Below the pieces are notes generated by a model. The model had not been told where the DNA came from, ran no database searches, and was given only the letters and a program-made list of their open reading frames with translations. Positions 41,745-53,836 of a stretch of DNA of 64,000 nucleotides are shown piece after piece. A program made the position numbers and the translations under genes. This stretch comes from Balanoglossus misakiensis (Eukaryota; Animalia; Hemichordata). Where the stretch lies: positions 12,185,654 to 12,249,653 of the forward strand of contig CM082577.2 in the NCBI GenBank assembly GCA_040954595.2. The letters run 5' to 3'. The stretch's first letter is position 1. Every line of letters begins with the position of its first letter.

Positions 41745-43015
41745 TATGCAGTGAACTGAGAGCAGTCTTTGTGAACAAATCCCTCAGCCTCCTTATGGGA
41801 AGGGGGGGGGGAAACGAGGAAGAGGTCTGATATCATCCGATGCCCTGCTTTTTGAGACAGATTAGCTGTGTTATTTCGGATTTCTTCTACAAATCGGCTT
41901 TGGTTGAAGGTATGCTGGAGTATATACTTCAGTGAAAGGAATACCCGACTATATTTTCTCTCGACAAACATCCAATCTGCTCAGCCTTCCCTACAGATGG
42001 CTCAACAGATGGAAGAAAAAGCCCCCAACACACGGATTAGGGATGAAGAAAATGGCGGAATAAGCAGCTTTTACTGCAGTACAGATTTTTTTTTTGGGGG
42101 GGGGGGGGATGACGACATGGCGTTTAACCTCTGGCTACATCTTACACAGGTGTACATTCGAAACAAGGACAATGAATCTGGAAGACTTTCTTGAGGCTCG
42201 ATTAGTGTAGACTTTCAGTCGGTTATCTCAGGAACTCTGAACAAAAAACAGAATCAAACATGCTGTAGCATGCATCCCTCTGTGAATGATGCATCAAGTT
42301 AAATTCAGAGTATATACAGTTATATGGAGAGTAGCTGGGACTGTTAATTCCATCCCGCAATTGCAGGTTCTTGTTCTACTCTGTAAGGGAGCTTTCATTT
42401 ATCATGGGAGAGGGGGGGGGGGGTCTTAGGGATTTGGAGTAGGTCGGTCATGTAAAAGAGACCCTCCTCCCCTGCTTCCTCAGGCCCCCACCTCGTTCGT
42501 TATAACTTAAAGCTTCATGCAGCCAATCCAAACACCAGCGCACAAACGCACTTTCTTCTTGCTGACGATTGGAATTTATTTGAGTTGTGTAAGTACCGAC
42601 AATAAAAGTGGCGCACAGAATTGTTCAGGCACGCCAAATACTGGATATTTCAACCTGATTTCAGGAGTAGACAAAGAACCCGTGGATGAAACGCAGAACG
42701 TAAAGAGATTGTCAGGTCTCAGCTGCCAACCTTGGACTGAACTCGAAACTAGACCACCATCCATAACTGCCAAAATGTTCCAGGACACTGGAATTTGCCT
42801 AGATGTGTATACATTTCAGAGAGGGTAGAAAATTGTGCAACTACATTCTTTTGGTTGTTTTCTATAAAAGCAAAATATTCTGGGAAAAGAATAGAGGCAT
42901 TTCATCCACTCTGTGAGGGGATTTTTATTGGATCTTGAAAATACGGGTATTTTTACGTCTATTTATATCGGTAACACTGTAGACAGAAATATTTATCTTG
43001 TTCTCCCAGGAAGTA

Positions 43016-43219
43016 CTGTAAAACGGGTTATTTTCGCGACAGGAAATTTTTCGCGATATCAACAGAGGCAACTGTTACGCGAGGAGTAATTTTCGCGTTC
43101 TCTTATTTCATTCACTGCAATGTTAACTTGAGAAAGGCGACTTTTTATTTTCACGGGTTTTTTTGTTCTCGCGTATTTCACGAAAAATTTATTGCTCGTG
43201 AAAATAACCCGTTTTACAG
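43016..43219. mobile_element. TACTGTAAAA MITE, copy B (likely within HS3ST 3'UTR), inverted relative to copy A
   Basis: TA-CTGTAAAACGGGTTATTTTCGCGA...TCGTGAAAATAACCCGTTTTACAG-TA. Confidence 0.8.
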
Positions 43220-45000
43220 TACATTTTGTCAGCCGTGGCAGAGAAAAATGAGGCATTTGTAAAAGTCTTCCATGCTATAGTGAAACCTATTTATGTTGTT
43301 TATCTGAAAACGTTTTATGATTTCTTCATTTTTGATGGTAAACCAACACATTAGACCTGCAGAGAACAATATATATCATCTAATATGAAATTCATGAAAT
43401 AAAAAAATATTTTGGGATATTCTCAATAATAAACATTCTTCTCACACACGAGATGTGAACTTTGATTGCCAACAGGCCGAGAGCAGTTTTGTGACATTTT
43501 TTTCACATTTCACCTGTATCACGACTTGTTTTATGATAAAAAAAAATTGTGATCTTGATTTGTAAAATATGTAAAGTTCTAATCTGTTTTGGTTCAGAAT
43601 AAATTTAAAAGATTGGTTTAAAATAGCGGCGAGTGTTTGCTTTATTTATATATTTATTTTTGAGAGAGAGAGAGAGCTATGTTGGATTTAAGGAGACTTT
43701 GACAAAATGTCAGTGTGTGCGTGTTGTGTTGCTAAGCGCTGGTTTGCCTAAAGTTGTTCTGCACATCAACATATCTGTTGTCCCATAATTCTAGGAAAGC
43801 TTCTTATAAGTTTCAAGCTACATTCTTTGCTAGTGGAGGTTTCGTTTAGTGAGGCTAAACTGTGAAGTACTGAAATTTTAAAATGCATGGATTTTGCGAT
43901 ATCACTGAATGTTAAAACATTGATGAGAATGGCTTGAGGGGGGAGTTCCGAACACCATTCCGATAATTAACAGTCTGCAATACCATGGGCACAACTGATG
44001 CATTCAAACATTTTCCCCTCTGCTAGGGAGTCGATTACTCACCAGGAAGGAAAAAGGCAAGTAGTTCAAATGTCTTCCACTATTATTGTCTGGAGAAACA
44101 TGAGTAAACATAAATGGTTAAGCCTCCCTAGTTCACCAAGTCAAAGAAAGGGGCAGTTTTGTTGGACTAGTTAATACTCTGTCTTCAATACTGATGGTAC
44201 GTCCTCCATACAAATGTAGCTGTGTATGAAACATTTTTTGAGTTTGGGGGTGTGGGGAGGTCATATCTGATTATGTGACACAGAGAGTTAACAGGTTTCA
44301 TCCCTGATTTGGCCACAAAATGCGAGTACGAGACCTTTTACCTCGAAGATTGCATTTTAATAAGATTCATATATTTATTTTTCAAGTGCTCAAATTTATC
44401 TCACACACGTGCACGCCAGTTTTGAGTTTTTCATATATTCTGCAGCAGCTTACCATTTCCCCACTAGCAATTCTAAAGTAGCACATTTTCCAACATCCCT
44501 CAGATTGAGTCGTAGACATGATTTCCTAAGACCAGCATGGCTGACCGAGTTTTCACATTAGGTTCAGTGCGGTTGTGTTGCAGTTGAAAAAAATAAATAC
44601 AAAATCTGTAGTTTCCATTTATAAAATTCTTCTGTGTGCCTATAATTTAAGGTGAAATTAGGTGATGGCACTCATGTACTTGCGAATTTTGTTTATTTAT
44701 TAGCATATGTGCTATACAGAGAATGAAATTCTTGAAACTATTTGGCAGTTAATATAAATATTGTGTTTAAAAACTACCAAACTGGACATCAGATCTGTGC
44801 AATTTAACTATATAATGGGAGAGACAAATGTGTAACTTCTAGAAATTTTGGATCAGAAAATGGTTAGTCATTGTCCTTGTGCCTGGTTGTACCAACACCG
44901 TGGTCTATAAATTTCTCACTATAATGGCCTTTTTTTAATGAGAGAACTCTACAAACAGTTTATGAGGAGAAGAGTTGATTAATGTTGTTCCGCATTATAA

Positions 45001-45574
45001 GGGACCGTTCAGTGTTTACGGCTGGGGGTGGGGTGGGGGGGGTGGCAAAATCACGGGAGGGGGGGGTGTCACTTGAATTTTGAAATCCAAAAGGGGGGGG
45101 GGCATCTTTTTTCGTAACGTTGAGGGGGGGGGGGATCCACACACTTTTTAAGTTCATTAAAATGCAACTTTGAGCTCCGTATTTTACAAAATTTTCTATT
45201 TAAAATGTGGGAGGAGGTCACCCACACCCACCCCTGCCACTTTTCTTGTTTTACCAATTCTAGCAAGTATTGTATTGACTTGTCATTTTAATTCGTTCAT
45301 AGATTTCTGTATTGCAACTATTATACTCAAGTATAAATTTCTTGAAGAAATTTAGAAATGAAGTGTGGGGAGCCTCTTTCCCTTTATTGCATACAGCGTA
45401 CATAAGAGCAGGCTCTTGGAGACAAGCTTTTTTCCTTCACAAGTAGTTGTCTAATATAGAAATAATGGACGACGCCCTGACCATTAACGTTTGTTTATGG
45501 GCGCGGGCTCGAGGAAAGCCAAAATTCATGGGTCGACCAATGAAAATATGACTCACAGGCCATGGTAATATAAT

Positions 45575-45606
<32 letters not shown>

Positions 45607-45751
45607 GGGGGGGGTTATCATATTTTTGGGCCTGTCAAAAAGGGGGGGGCATCATTGTTTGGTCCTGGGTGAAGGGGGGTCTGCCTAAATTTGTAAACCG
45701 ATGACAAAAACTTGCCCCCCCCCCCCCCAGCCGTAAAAACGGAAAGGTCCG
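45001..45751. mobile_element. PIF/Harbinger-type MITE, copy 1
   Basis: TAA TSD (44998-45000, 45752-45754), TIR GGGACCGTTCAGT.TTTACGGCTGGGG, G-rich interior; homologous to 49575-50127. Confidence 0.75.
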
Positions 45752-45936
45752 TAAATCTGCCTGTGACATCCAATTGCTATCACACCAACACAAATAAATG
45801 AAACAATGACACAAAGTGATTCGCTTTCAATGTATTCACACACACTTTTATTGATCATGTTTAGCTGCATCACATAAGCAGTCATGTGTAGGGTATTTTC
45901 TTCGACGTCACTTGACCAACATGGCTCTTCAAATCA

Positions 45937-48897
45937 TTAGCATTGAGTATAACCTGCAACATATGATATAATGATATTATTTTATTAATATTACTAATTA
46001 AAACCGATCACGTTTCGTCAACATGTCAAGTCTGGAGAGTCAATATATACGCTGTTTCATTTGAAAAATGATTTGTTATATGAATGGTGGCTGTGCAGTC
46101 ACTTTTCACAGAGTTAGTGTAAAAGCACAGATAATTCTGAAACAGCACACTGAAATGTGTTTTTTGTCTTATGTGTATGTGTGTGTGTGTGTGTGCAAAA
46201 ATAACTTACATTTGTAAGCAACCTCCAAATACTTTTTAGTCCCAAAGCATGGTTCTCCGAAAACGTCATTCGTGGCCCTCACACTGCATGTCTCTTTGCC
46301 ATTACACGTATCTACCATGACACTGTAGCTGCTGCCAGCCCTGCAATTTGTACTAAATATGAAACTGAACCAAGCAGGGCACTTGCTGTTTGTTCTGCGT
46401 CCATAAGTGGCCGACTCCACTTCTATCCAGCCAGGAGTGCATGTAATGGTCAAGAGATCGTCCTGACAAGCCAGCGATGTCCCTTCTGTAAGGTGAGAAA
46501 TATATATACGTATTATCTATTTCACTTTCACTTACAAGTCTATTATGATCAGAAATACGAAATGTGAAAACCCACAGACCAACTACATGTTTTCCATCCA
46601 ATTATGCATTATTATATTTGGGAATACTATGGTAACTTACCATCGGAGTAACACCTGGCTCCTAAAAAATAATCATAAAACCGTTAATTAAGTTAGCGCT
46701 AGGCTATGTAGTGTCCAACTTGAAACAATTGGTGATCTGATAATGCCTAATTGTTGTGAATGATACCATGATATTAAGAGTCTAAAACTTAATCCTCATG
46801 CCACGTCCCCCACCCCACCCCACCCCCGTAAAACAGAAACTGAATCCGCTTGTAGCTTTTGACAGATGCGTTCTTTCCTGTTTGACTTTTTGAAATCGTG
46901 CAATCTGCTGCCATCCTGGGGAATATTCAGAATGACTATATATGGACAGAATGAGAGCAGCAATTGCACCCATGTAATAAAATATGGGAACAACCCTCAT
47001 ACACTAAAGGATGGGTAACAAATTAGCCCAATCTGATTAAAATCAGATGTAGGGAACGGCGACGTGTTTTTTGTAGGCGACAGCATCAAAAAACACGTCG
47101 CCGTTCCCTACATCTGATTTTAATCAGATTGAAATTAGCCCTGCCTTCACTATATAACCTTACACCCAATCACCATATGAGTGACTTCATGGGGACGCTA
47201 TATATAGTTATCACTAAGTCCATTTTCAACATAACTAAGTCAATTTTTGACATCGCTGAGTCCATTTTTGGCATCGCTAAGTCCATTTTTGACATCGCGT
47301 ACCCCTTGACCCTGCGTACCCCATTTACGCCGCATACCCCATTTTCCTCCTGGTCAGCATTATTCTAAACAATCCCATACACCAATGTGGCATGGGTGCG
47401 CGCGTCGCTTGAATTTTCGTACATGAGAAATGCCATACAATACATGTACATGTATAAAAAATCTTTTTAGAGGCACACTAGCCTCGGATTGGTACACGTG
47501 TTAGATTGCATACACATTCGCAAACATAATTATTGTATAAGGTTTAGAAGCGCACTGCAATAAAGGTATGAAAATAAGACAGTATGTGATTTTGTCCAAC
47601 TTATTTGTCTATACAATGTTTGTGCTGATGGGGAAAAGTCAAAATTTTGGAGTATGATAATCTGAGGAATAGTCTAATAAATACACAGCGAAAAATTGCA
47701 GTCGTCACTTTTAGCTGCAATGTAAGGACTATCAAGATGAGCCCTCCCAAAAACTGAATTTCAAAGTATTCATTCAACAAATTTGGTTTCATTTCTTATT
47801 TAGAATTATTCTGATCATTTAAAAAAAAACGACGAAATTGACAGATTTCCTATAAAGCCCTATGGTATAAGATAACCACGCACTGCCATTCAATACCATC
47901 CAGTTTCTCCGCAGATTCTCATTTGCAGCACTAAGATTTATATGCGAGAAAATTCAAGCGACGCGCACACCCATGCCCCATTGGTGTATGGGATTGTTTA
48001 GAATAATGCTGACAATGCAGAAAATAGGGTATGCAGCGTAAATGGGGTTCTCAGCATCATAAATGGGGTATGGGGCGTAAATGGGGTACACTGAGTTGGC
48101 GTTAATGGGGTAGTCCGCATCATAAATGGGGTACGCGATGTCAAAAACGGACTTAGCAATGTCAAAAATGGACTTGGCGATGTCAAAAATGGACTTGGCG
48201 ATGTCAAAAATGGACTTGGCGATGTCAAAAATGGACTTGGCGATGTCGAAAATGGACTTGGCCATGTCAAAAATGGACTTGGCCATGTTAAAATGGGCTA
48301 ATTTGAATTTAAAATTTGACCCATCCTTTATTACAAATCCTTTGTCCAATCATTGGAAAAACAAAGTCTCTGATTGTCTTCAGAGGGACCTTATAGTTAT
48401 ACCTTCCCAGCAAGGGGTATGAGGTTTTGACTTGAGTAAGGCTAGGCGTAGTTTTGGAAGCAAAGCGGATAAAATACTGCTAGGACTAAGGCTAACATGC
48501 CCCTGATCTAGGCTCATGGGCCACCTTCAAGGCCCAGAAAAATCACCCCGTAAGTATATATGCACGAGCGATTGATTAAATTGTGCCATCATAGGCACTG
48601 AAATTTATCTCACTGACTAAATTTGGGCTTTACTTGATCTATCGTGGAAAAACGGCGATTTTCCAAGTCGTACCCAGCCAAATTCAATCACACTTGAATT
48701 TCGCGGGCAATGGTGATGGCTCTGTCGTCACTGAATATTTATAAATTGACCAAATTGGGCCCTGTAAAGGCTGCCTGACGGCCAGCTATGACGGAACCAA
48801 GAAAGCAAAGCGGACAAAATACGGCTATAGGACTAGGCTATGTCTTACCTGCACACACCCCGATAAACAGGACAAGCAATGCAACGATGACTTTCAT
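45937..48897 (-). CDS. Secreted single-domain SUEL / rhamnose-binding lectin-type protein, 120 aa
   Basis: Coding exons (minus strand): 48897-48849 signal peptide MKVIVALLVLFIGVCA; 46661-46641 21-nt micro-exon; 46485-46210 lectin domain (ACQ..ATYGR..C..C..CNGKETCSVRATNDVFGEPCFGTKKYLEVAYK); 45953-45937 CYTQC-stop. All GT-AG, all phase 1, total 363 nt. Probable 5'UTR exon ends at 49275 (CAG|GTAAG); minus-strand AATAAA at 45852-45847. Confidence 0.88.
47005..47420. repeat. Dispersed element copy in lectin intron; inverted partner at 47943-48430
   Basis: Shares AAGGATGGGT..AAATTAGCCC, 21-bp AAGTCCATTTTTGACATCGC units and TCAGCATTATTCTAAACAATCCCATACACCAATG..GCATGGGTG..CGCGTCGCTTGAATTTTC with the reverse complement of 47943-48430; its 5' part also matches 52415-52520. 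Confidence 0.7.
47029..47131. mobile_element. 103-bp perfect hairpin MITE with 9-bp TSD (MULE-like)
   Basis: 45-bp perfect arms (47029-47073 / 47087-47131), 13-nt loop, flanked by direct repeat AAATTAGCC (47020-47028, 47132-47140), which is single-copy in the related host element at about 52440. Confidence 0.75.
48135..48297. repeat. 21-bp minisatellite GCGATGTCAAAAATGGACTTG (7 full units plus a partial) inside the inverted element 47943-48430
   Basis: Direct reading; no unique spacers. Confidence 0.9.
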
Positions 48898-49574
48898 TTT
48901 TGTGCTGCAGCTGGAAAGGGGAAAACGAGAAACAAAGTTGCAACAATAAATGCGTGTGTCACCGTTTAAAGCACACGCTTAGTGTTTACTTCAAGCCTAA
49001 ACACAACTTTAGAAATTTGATGTCTTATCCGCGGATCCTAGGAGTGTATATACAGGTTGGGGGAATAAAATATTGGATACTCCATCATGATGTGTGAGCC
49101 TGTTGGTTGGGAAAGGATGAACGTGTCTGATGCAAACAATCCGGTAGACGCGGAAAGTTACAGAAACATCATTTGCAAGATGTCAATTGTATGATTGGTT
49201 AGGAAGCGTCATGTTCCTAATGTTTTCATGTCAGGAGAGGCAACATATCTAGCCGTGTGTATCAATCATCTTACCTGTAGTTCGCTGGAACAAGGCTAGT
49301 ATTGGTATGTGACTATAATACTCTTCAGCTGCGCAACTGTGAACTGTCACACCAAGTGTGGTGACTGGTGGTTGGCATCTAGATTATTTAACTTACTTAA
49401 GTTAATTAACTATGTTGATTAGGTCTTTCAATCGAGTGACAATGGATGCACACCAAAGTGTGTTAAATCTTGATGTAAATAGATATGTAAATGCGGAAAA
49501 TCTCTCAATTCAACTTATTCACTTTAGTTCACTTTCCCCTTTTGACATCGAATGGTAAAGAATACAATACATAA

Positions 49575-50127
49575 GGGACTGTTCAGTTTTTATGGCTGGG
49601 GGGGGGAGGCAAAATCCAGGGGGGGCTACTTTTGAAATCCAAAAGGGGGGGGGGGGGGGGGGGGTCATCTGTTTTTTCGAAACGCTTAGGGGGGTTCAAA
49701 TATTTTTGCCCCCTCCCCCAACTTCTGCTTATGAGTCCACAAAACTGCAGTTTCGAGCCCTTTGTTTTACAAAATTCCTAATGTTGGAGGGAGACACTTC
49801 TTGTTTTACCAATTCTGCCCACTATTGTATTGACTTGTCATTTTAATTTATTCATACATTTCTGTATTGCAACACTATACTATTATACTCCTCAATTATA
49901 AATTTCTTTAAGAAATTTTAATTTTCTTTCAGAAATTTATAAATGAAGTGTGGGGAGCCTCTTTCCCTTTTTGCATACAGTGTACAAAAGAACGGGGAGC
50001 AGGATTTTGGAAACAAGCTTTCTTCCTCCACAGGGGGGCGGGGCCTGCCTAATTTTGAAAAACGATGACAAAAACTTGCCGCCACCCCCACCCCACCCCC
50101 CCACAGCCGTAAAAACTGAACGGTCCC
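49575..50127. mobile_element. PIF/Harbinger-type MITE, copy 2 (same orientation as copy 1)
   Basis: TAA-GGGACTGTTCAGTTTTTATGGCTG...CAGCCGTAAAAACTGAACGGTCCC-TAA; internal blocks collinear with 45001-45751. Confidence 0.8.
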
Positions 50128-50605
50128 TAATGTACTGATAAAGTGAATAGGAGGTTGGAAAAATAGTGCAATCGTACTAGTCAAGTCCACCCCCTCCTCA
50201 TAGTGAATTATATACATAAACAGTTGTACACTTATTCGTGACAATTAAATACAAAAGTTCAAACTATACATGTTCTAAGAAAAAATTCAATTGTTTTTTA
50301 AAATGAACTTTTTGACCTCATTGAGCGCATATATTCAGGAAGTTTGCAGTGAACTTTATGGAATGTTGGCCAGCATAACTGTCATATTCCGGAATAAAAC
50401 AGTCGTGCCGATAACTTTTGATCTAATTATCTAATCCGGCCACTGCAAACACCAGAAATTAACTTTCCAAAGTTAGACGTGACACCGCTGATCTCCCAAA
50501 CTTTATGACTGTTTCTTTTAATTTGCATGAAGTCTAAATCCTGTGGTGAGACAATAGTATGTACTGTGTGTATGTTACAAGTGGCAAGTTATGTCATGCT
50601 CTTAA

Positions 50606-50799
50606 AGGTATACAGTCACCTATGCAAATTTAGCTACAGTTACCATGGCAAATTGAGATCTAACCAATCACAGATTTTCAGTGAGTGGCACACATGAAAA
50701 AAAGAGCCCCACCGGCACCATATGTTCTTTATAACCCTCAAATACGCCATTTCAGCCATATATGGCGTATGTAAATTGGAGGTGACTGCATGTATACCT
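50606..50799. mobile_element. Kolobok-type MITE, family 2, copy 1
   Basis: TTAA-AGGTATACAGTCACCT...AGGTGACTGCATGTATACCT-TTAT; inverted copy at 59848-60033. Confidence 0.75.
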
Positions 50800-52230
50800 T
50801 TATAACCACATTTTTGTTCAACCACACATGCTGATCCCTCTACAAAGGCAGTGATTGTGGTAATTAACTGGCACACAATTAAAATTCAAAGGACCGCATT
50901 CTGACAGCAAACTGCAAGAATACACATAAATTGTGCACTGAACTACCGCGCTGCCCTGTCAGCTTGTCGCATCAGCGAAACATGTCATGTCAAAATGTGC
51001 TCCATGTTTGAAATTTCAAGCATCAGCGCCTTGCACAGTGATTGATAGCAAAGATGAGAAGGAGACTGCGTATTTTCTCGTCTAGGCAAGCTTCTGTGCA
51101 GCCGGTAGCTGTAGCTGCAGCAGATAACTTTGCTATTTTGGCTGTGATGTTTATAACCAGACTTTTTCAAGCCAAATTTGACAAGAATAGTCTGTATACT
51201 TGGAGGGCTACCAGATGCACGCCCCTGCTGTTGCCTCTATGACACTTTTTCTTTTTGACATCTGCAAATTATCCCCAGTGGATTTAGGGCTCATTAAACA
51301 ACCAGATCGTATATTATGAAATTCCAACTGAATGAACATTAAAGATACAAATATCATAAAACAGGGATATTCTACTGTATGCAGTACGTGGTACACCTTG
51401 ATGTAGCGCCGTATTATACACATTTTTGCATAACTCGGACATCAACAGAATAATAATAATAAACAAAATTCAGATTTTGTCCAGTTTACCTTGGCTATCA
51501 GTCCTCGGGCTGAACAATTTATACACTGTAAGAAATTGTATTTAATTTATTTTATATTTCACAAAATGATGAATTGGATTTGCATACAGAGAAGCAGACA
51601 TTTTTTTTATTCTGTTTCAGTTATGTCGTGTGTCAAAGTGACAGGTATACGGCTTAATTAATGTTTGTGCACATGCATCTGATTATAGACCACTTGTACT
51701 CGCATCTAAAGCTGCAGGCAAGCGATCGAGTTAATTCAGAGAATTTATCAATTTTGCTGTTCAAGTGTTTGCAGATCCAACAGAATGAAATGGGGAGTGT
51801 ATTGACATACCATAAAAACCATAAAAGTGAATAAATATTAGCAATTTGAGTTTCATAGACTGTGAAATTGAGTGCATTTTCATTCCAGAATCACAACAAA
51901 TTTTTAAAGCAATTATTTATCTAGTTGAGTCCAAAAGAGGGCATATTTTACCAATCTCCTTGCTAACTGTCATCGCAATTCTGACGTTCTGAACCTGGCG
52001 TGATGCAGCATTCATCAGAGGCGTTCCAGCAACTGCAATGCAAGACATTCACAGTGTCCACTTGAACGTTAGCTGGACTGCAGTCTAGAGCTCCCACTGA
52101 TTTTAGGGAGCATCCAGACCTTATGCAGGCGAAGATGTTGTGGAATCTGCATAGACAGAGCTGTACAGGGGTTCAAAGCCTTTCCGGGATTGTCGGTCAA
52201 GGCTGAAGGCTGTCTATGTAGGGTCAAAGG

Positions 52231-52609
52231 TAGCCTAGTCCTAGCCGTATTTTGTCCGCTTTGCTTCCAAAACTACGCCTATAGCCTCACTCATGTCACT
52301 GGCCCAATAAAACCTCATACCCCTTGCTGGGAATTGCGATATAACGCGTTCTCTGAAGTCAATCAGAGACTTTGTTTTTCCAATGATGGGACAAAGGATA
52401 TACATATGTGTAATTAAGGATGGGTAACATTTTAAATTCAAATTAGCCCTGCCTTAATTCACTATTATCTTACCCAATCACCATTGTTCAGCTTATGTGA
52501 GTGACTTCAAGGGGACGCTAGTTACATCACAATTCCCAGCAAGGGGTATGGGGTTTTATTAGGCCAGTGGCATGAGTGAGGCTATTCAGCAAAGCCTAGG
52601 ACTAGGCTA
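52231..52609. mobile_element. TAG...CTA-terminal element with 9-bp TSD (AcademH-like), containing a nested TAG-terminal inverted-repeat element
   Basis: GGTCAAAGG on both sides (52222-52230, 52610-52618). Outer TIR TAGCCTAGTCCTAG. Inner IR TAGCCTCACTCATG..ATAAAACC.CATACCCCTTGCTGGGAATTG from about 52282 to 52584. Confidence 0.7.
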
Positions 52610-52779
52610 GGTCAAAGGCCAATTACCCTCGGTCGCTGCAAAAGCTGAATTACACTCACTTGGTTTGTTATATTGTATTTTGAGCTGTTAAACTGTTTGT
52701 TCCTTCAGCATGAGAAAAGGAGACTTGCAGTACATATCAGAACAAACTTTCCCAACTTGGTCAGCTTTTGTTTTGTTAA

Positions 52780-53125
52780 AGGGACAAAGTCTTTCTCTCT
52801 CGCTGCCCTTTTTGATTAATTATGTTTGATACAAGACACCGTTTATGTTATTCTACATGTGGATATATAGTAAATGAAGGTTCAACCACACACAACTTTC
52901 ATCCCGTTTGTAGGATATGAGAGTAAAAAATCGCCCCAAATGAATAATTGGTAAACACTGATTATTCATTTTGGCGAGTTTTGCACTCTTGTGTCTACAA
53001 GTGGGATGGAAGTTGTGTGTGGTTGAACGTTGATTCACTATATATTCACATGTAGAATAATATAAATGGTGTCTTGTATCAAACATAATTAATGGAAAAA
53101 GGGCAGCGAGAGAGAGACTGTCCCT
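52780..53125. mobile_element. Fold-back Kolobok-type MITE, copy 2
   Basis: TTAA-AGGGACA...TGTCCCT-TTAA; whole-length palindrome, highly similar to 11878-12225. Confidence 0.85.
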
Positions 53126-53638
53126 TTAAGGTTTTTACAGCAATATCACAGAAATGGTGCAGAATTTTTAGAAAAGCATGCTTATCTATATTCTCCTAAG
53201 TGACTTGCTAAAATTGGCTAAATTGATTGAAAAATGAGGGAGTTGAGAGGTGTTCAACATTTGCAAAAAACAGGAGACAAAACTCCATAGAACACAATTG
53301 GTAAGATTTTTGCATGTGCAATTGTTGAGTGCTTGGAACATTGCCAGCGATAGCAACCAAGTAGCGCTTTGAATCCTACGGTATTGCCTTAAAATTATCA
53401 GAAATGTTTTTGGTGCGTGTCGATAAACAGACGTTGGGGGAAATGTATTTTATGGATTTGCATAATCTTGGGACAAAGCATTCCATTGGTGTCAATTGAC
53501 CAATCAGAATTGCATAAGTTGAATGTCAGACCCTGAACCCATAGTCATTACTTCCTGTGCGATTAGTCGGTAATTAAGATCAGCTGTTTCAGTAAAATAG
53601 CCAGTCCTGGGGGATTGGCAATGACCCTGTGGCATATA

Positions 53639-53836
53639 CTACAAAACGAGCAATCATTTTTTTGCGAAATAGGCGAGAGCAAAAATAACGTGAAAATAAA
53701 AAGTTGTGTAAAATGTTTTTTCGGAGATAACGATGCAGTAAAGGAAATAAGGGAACACGAAAATTAATCCCTGTGTAACAGTTGCCTCTGTTGATATTGC
53801 GAAAATTTCCTGTCGCGAAAATAACCCGTTTTACAG
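53639..53836. mobile_element. TACTGTAAAA MITE, copy C
   Basis: Collinear with copy A; right end CGCGAAAATAACCCGTTTTACAG-TA intact, left end decayed. Confidence 0.75.

Noticed and set aside
48126-48422. Repeat proteins (AMSKMDL)n / (DIAKSIF)n and a CRISPR-like look
   Set aside because: Head-to-tail 21-bp minisatellite with no unique spacers, open in several frames on both strands, inside an intronic repeat; no cas genes and a eukaryotic context.
50960-52660. Scattered minus-strand splice-like signals (e.g. 51490-51509, donor near 51950) suggesting a hidden gene
   Set aside because: I could not assemble a consistent reading frame or recognisable protein; a lncRNA cannot be excluded without RNA-seq.
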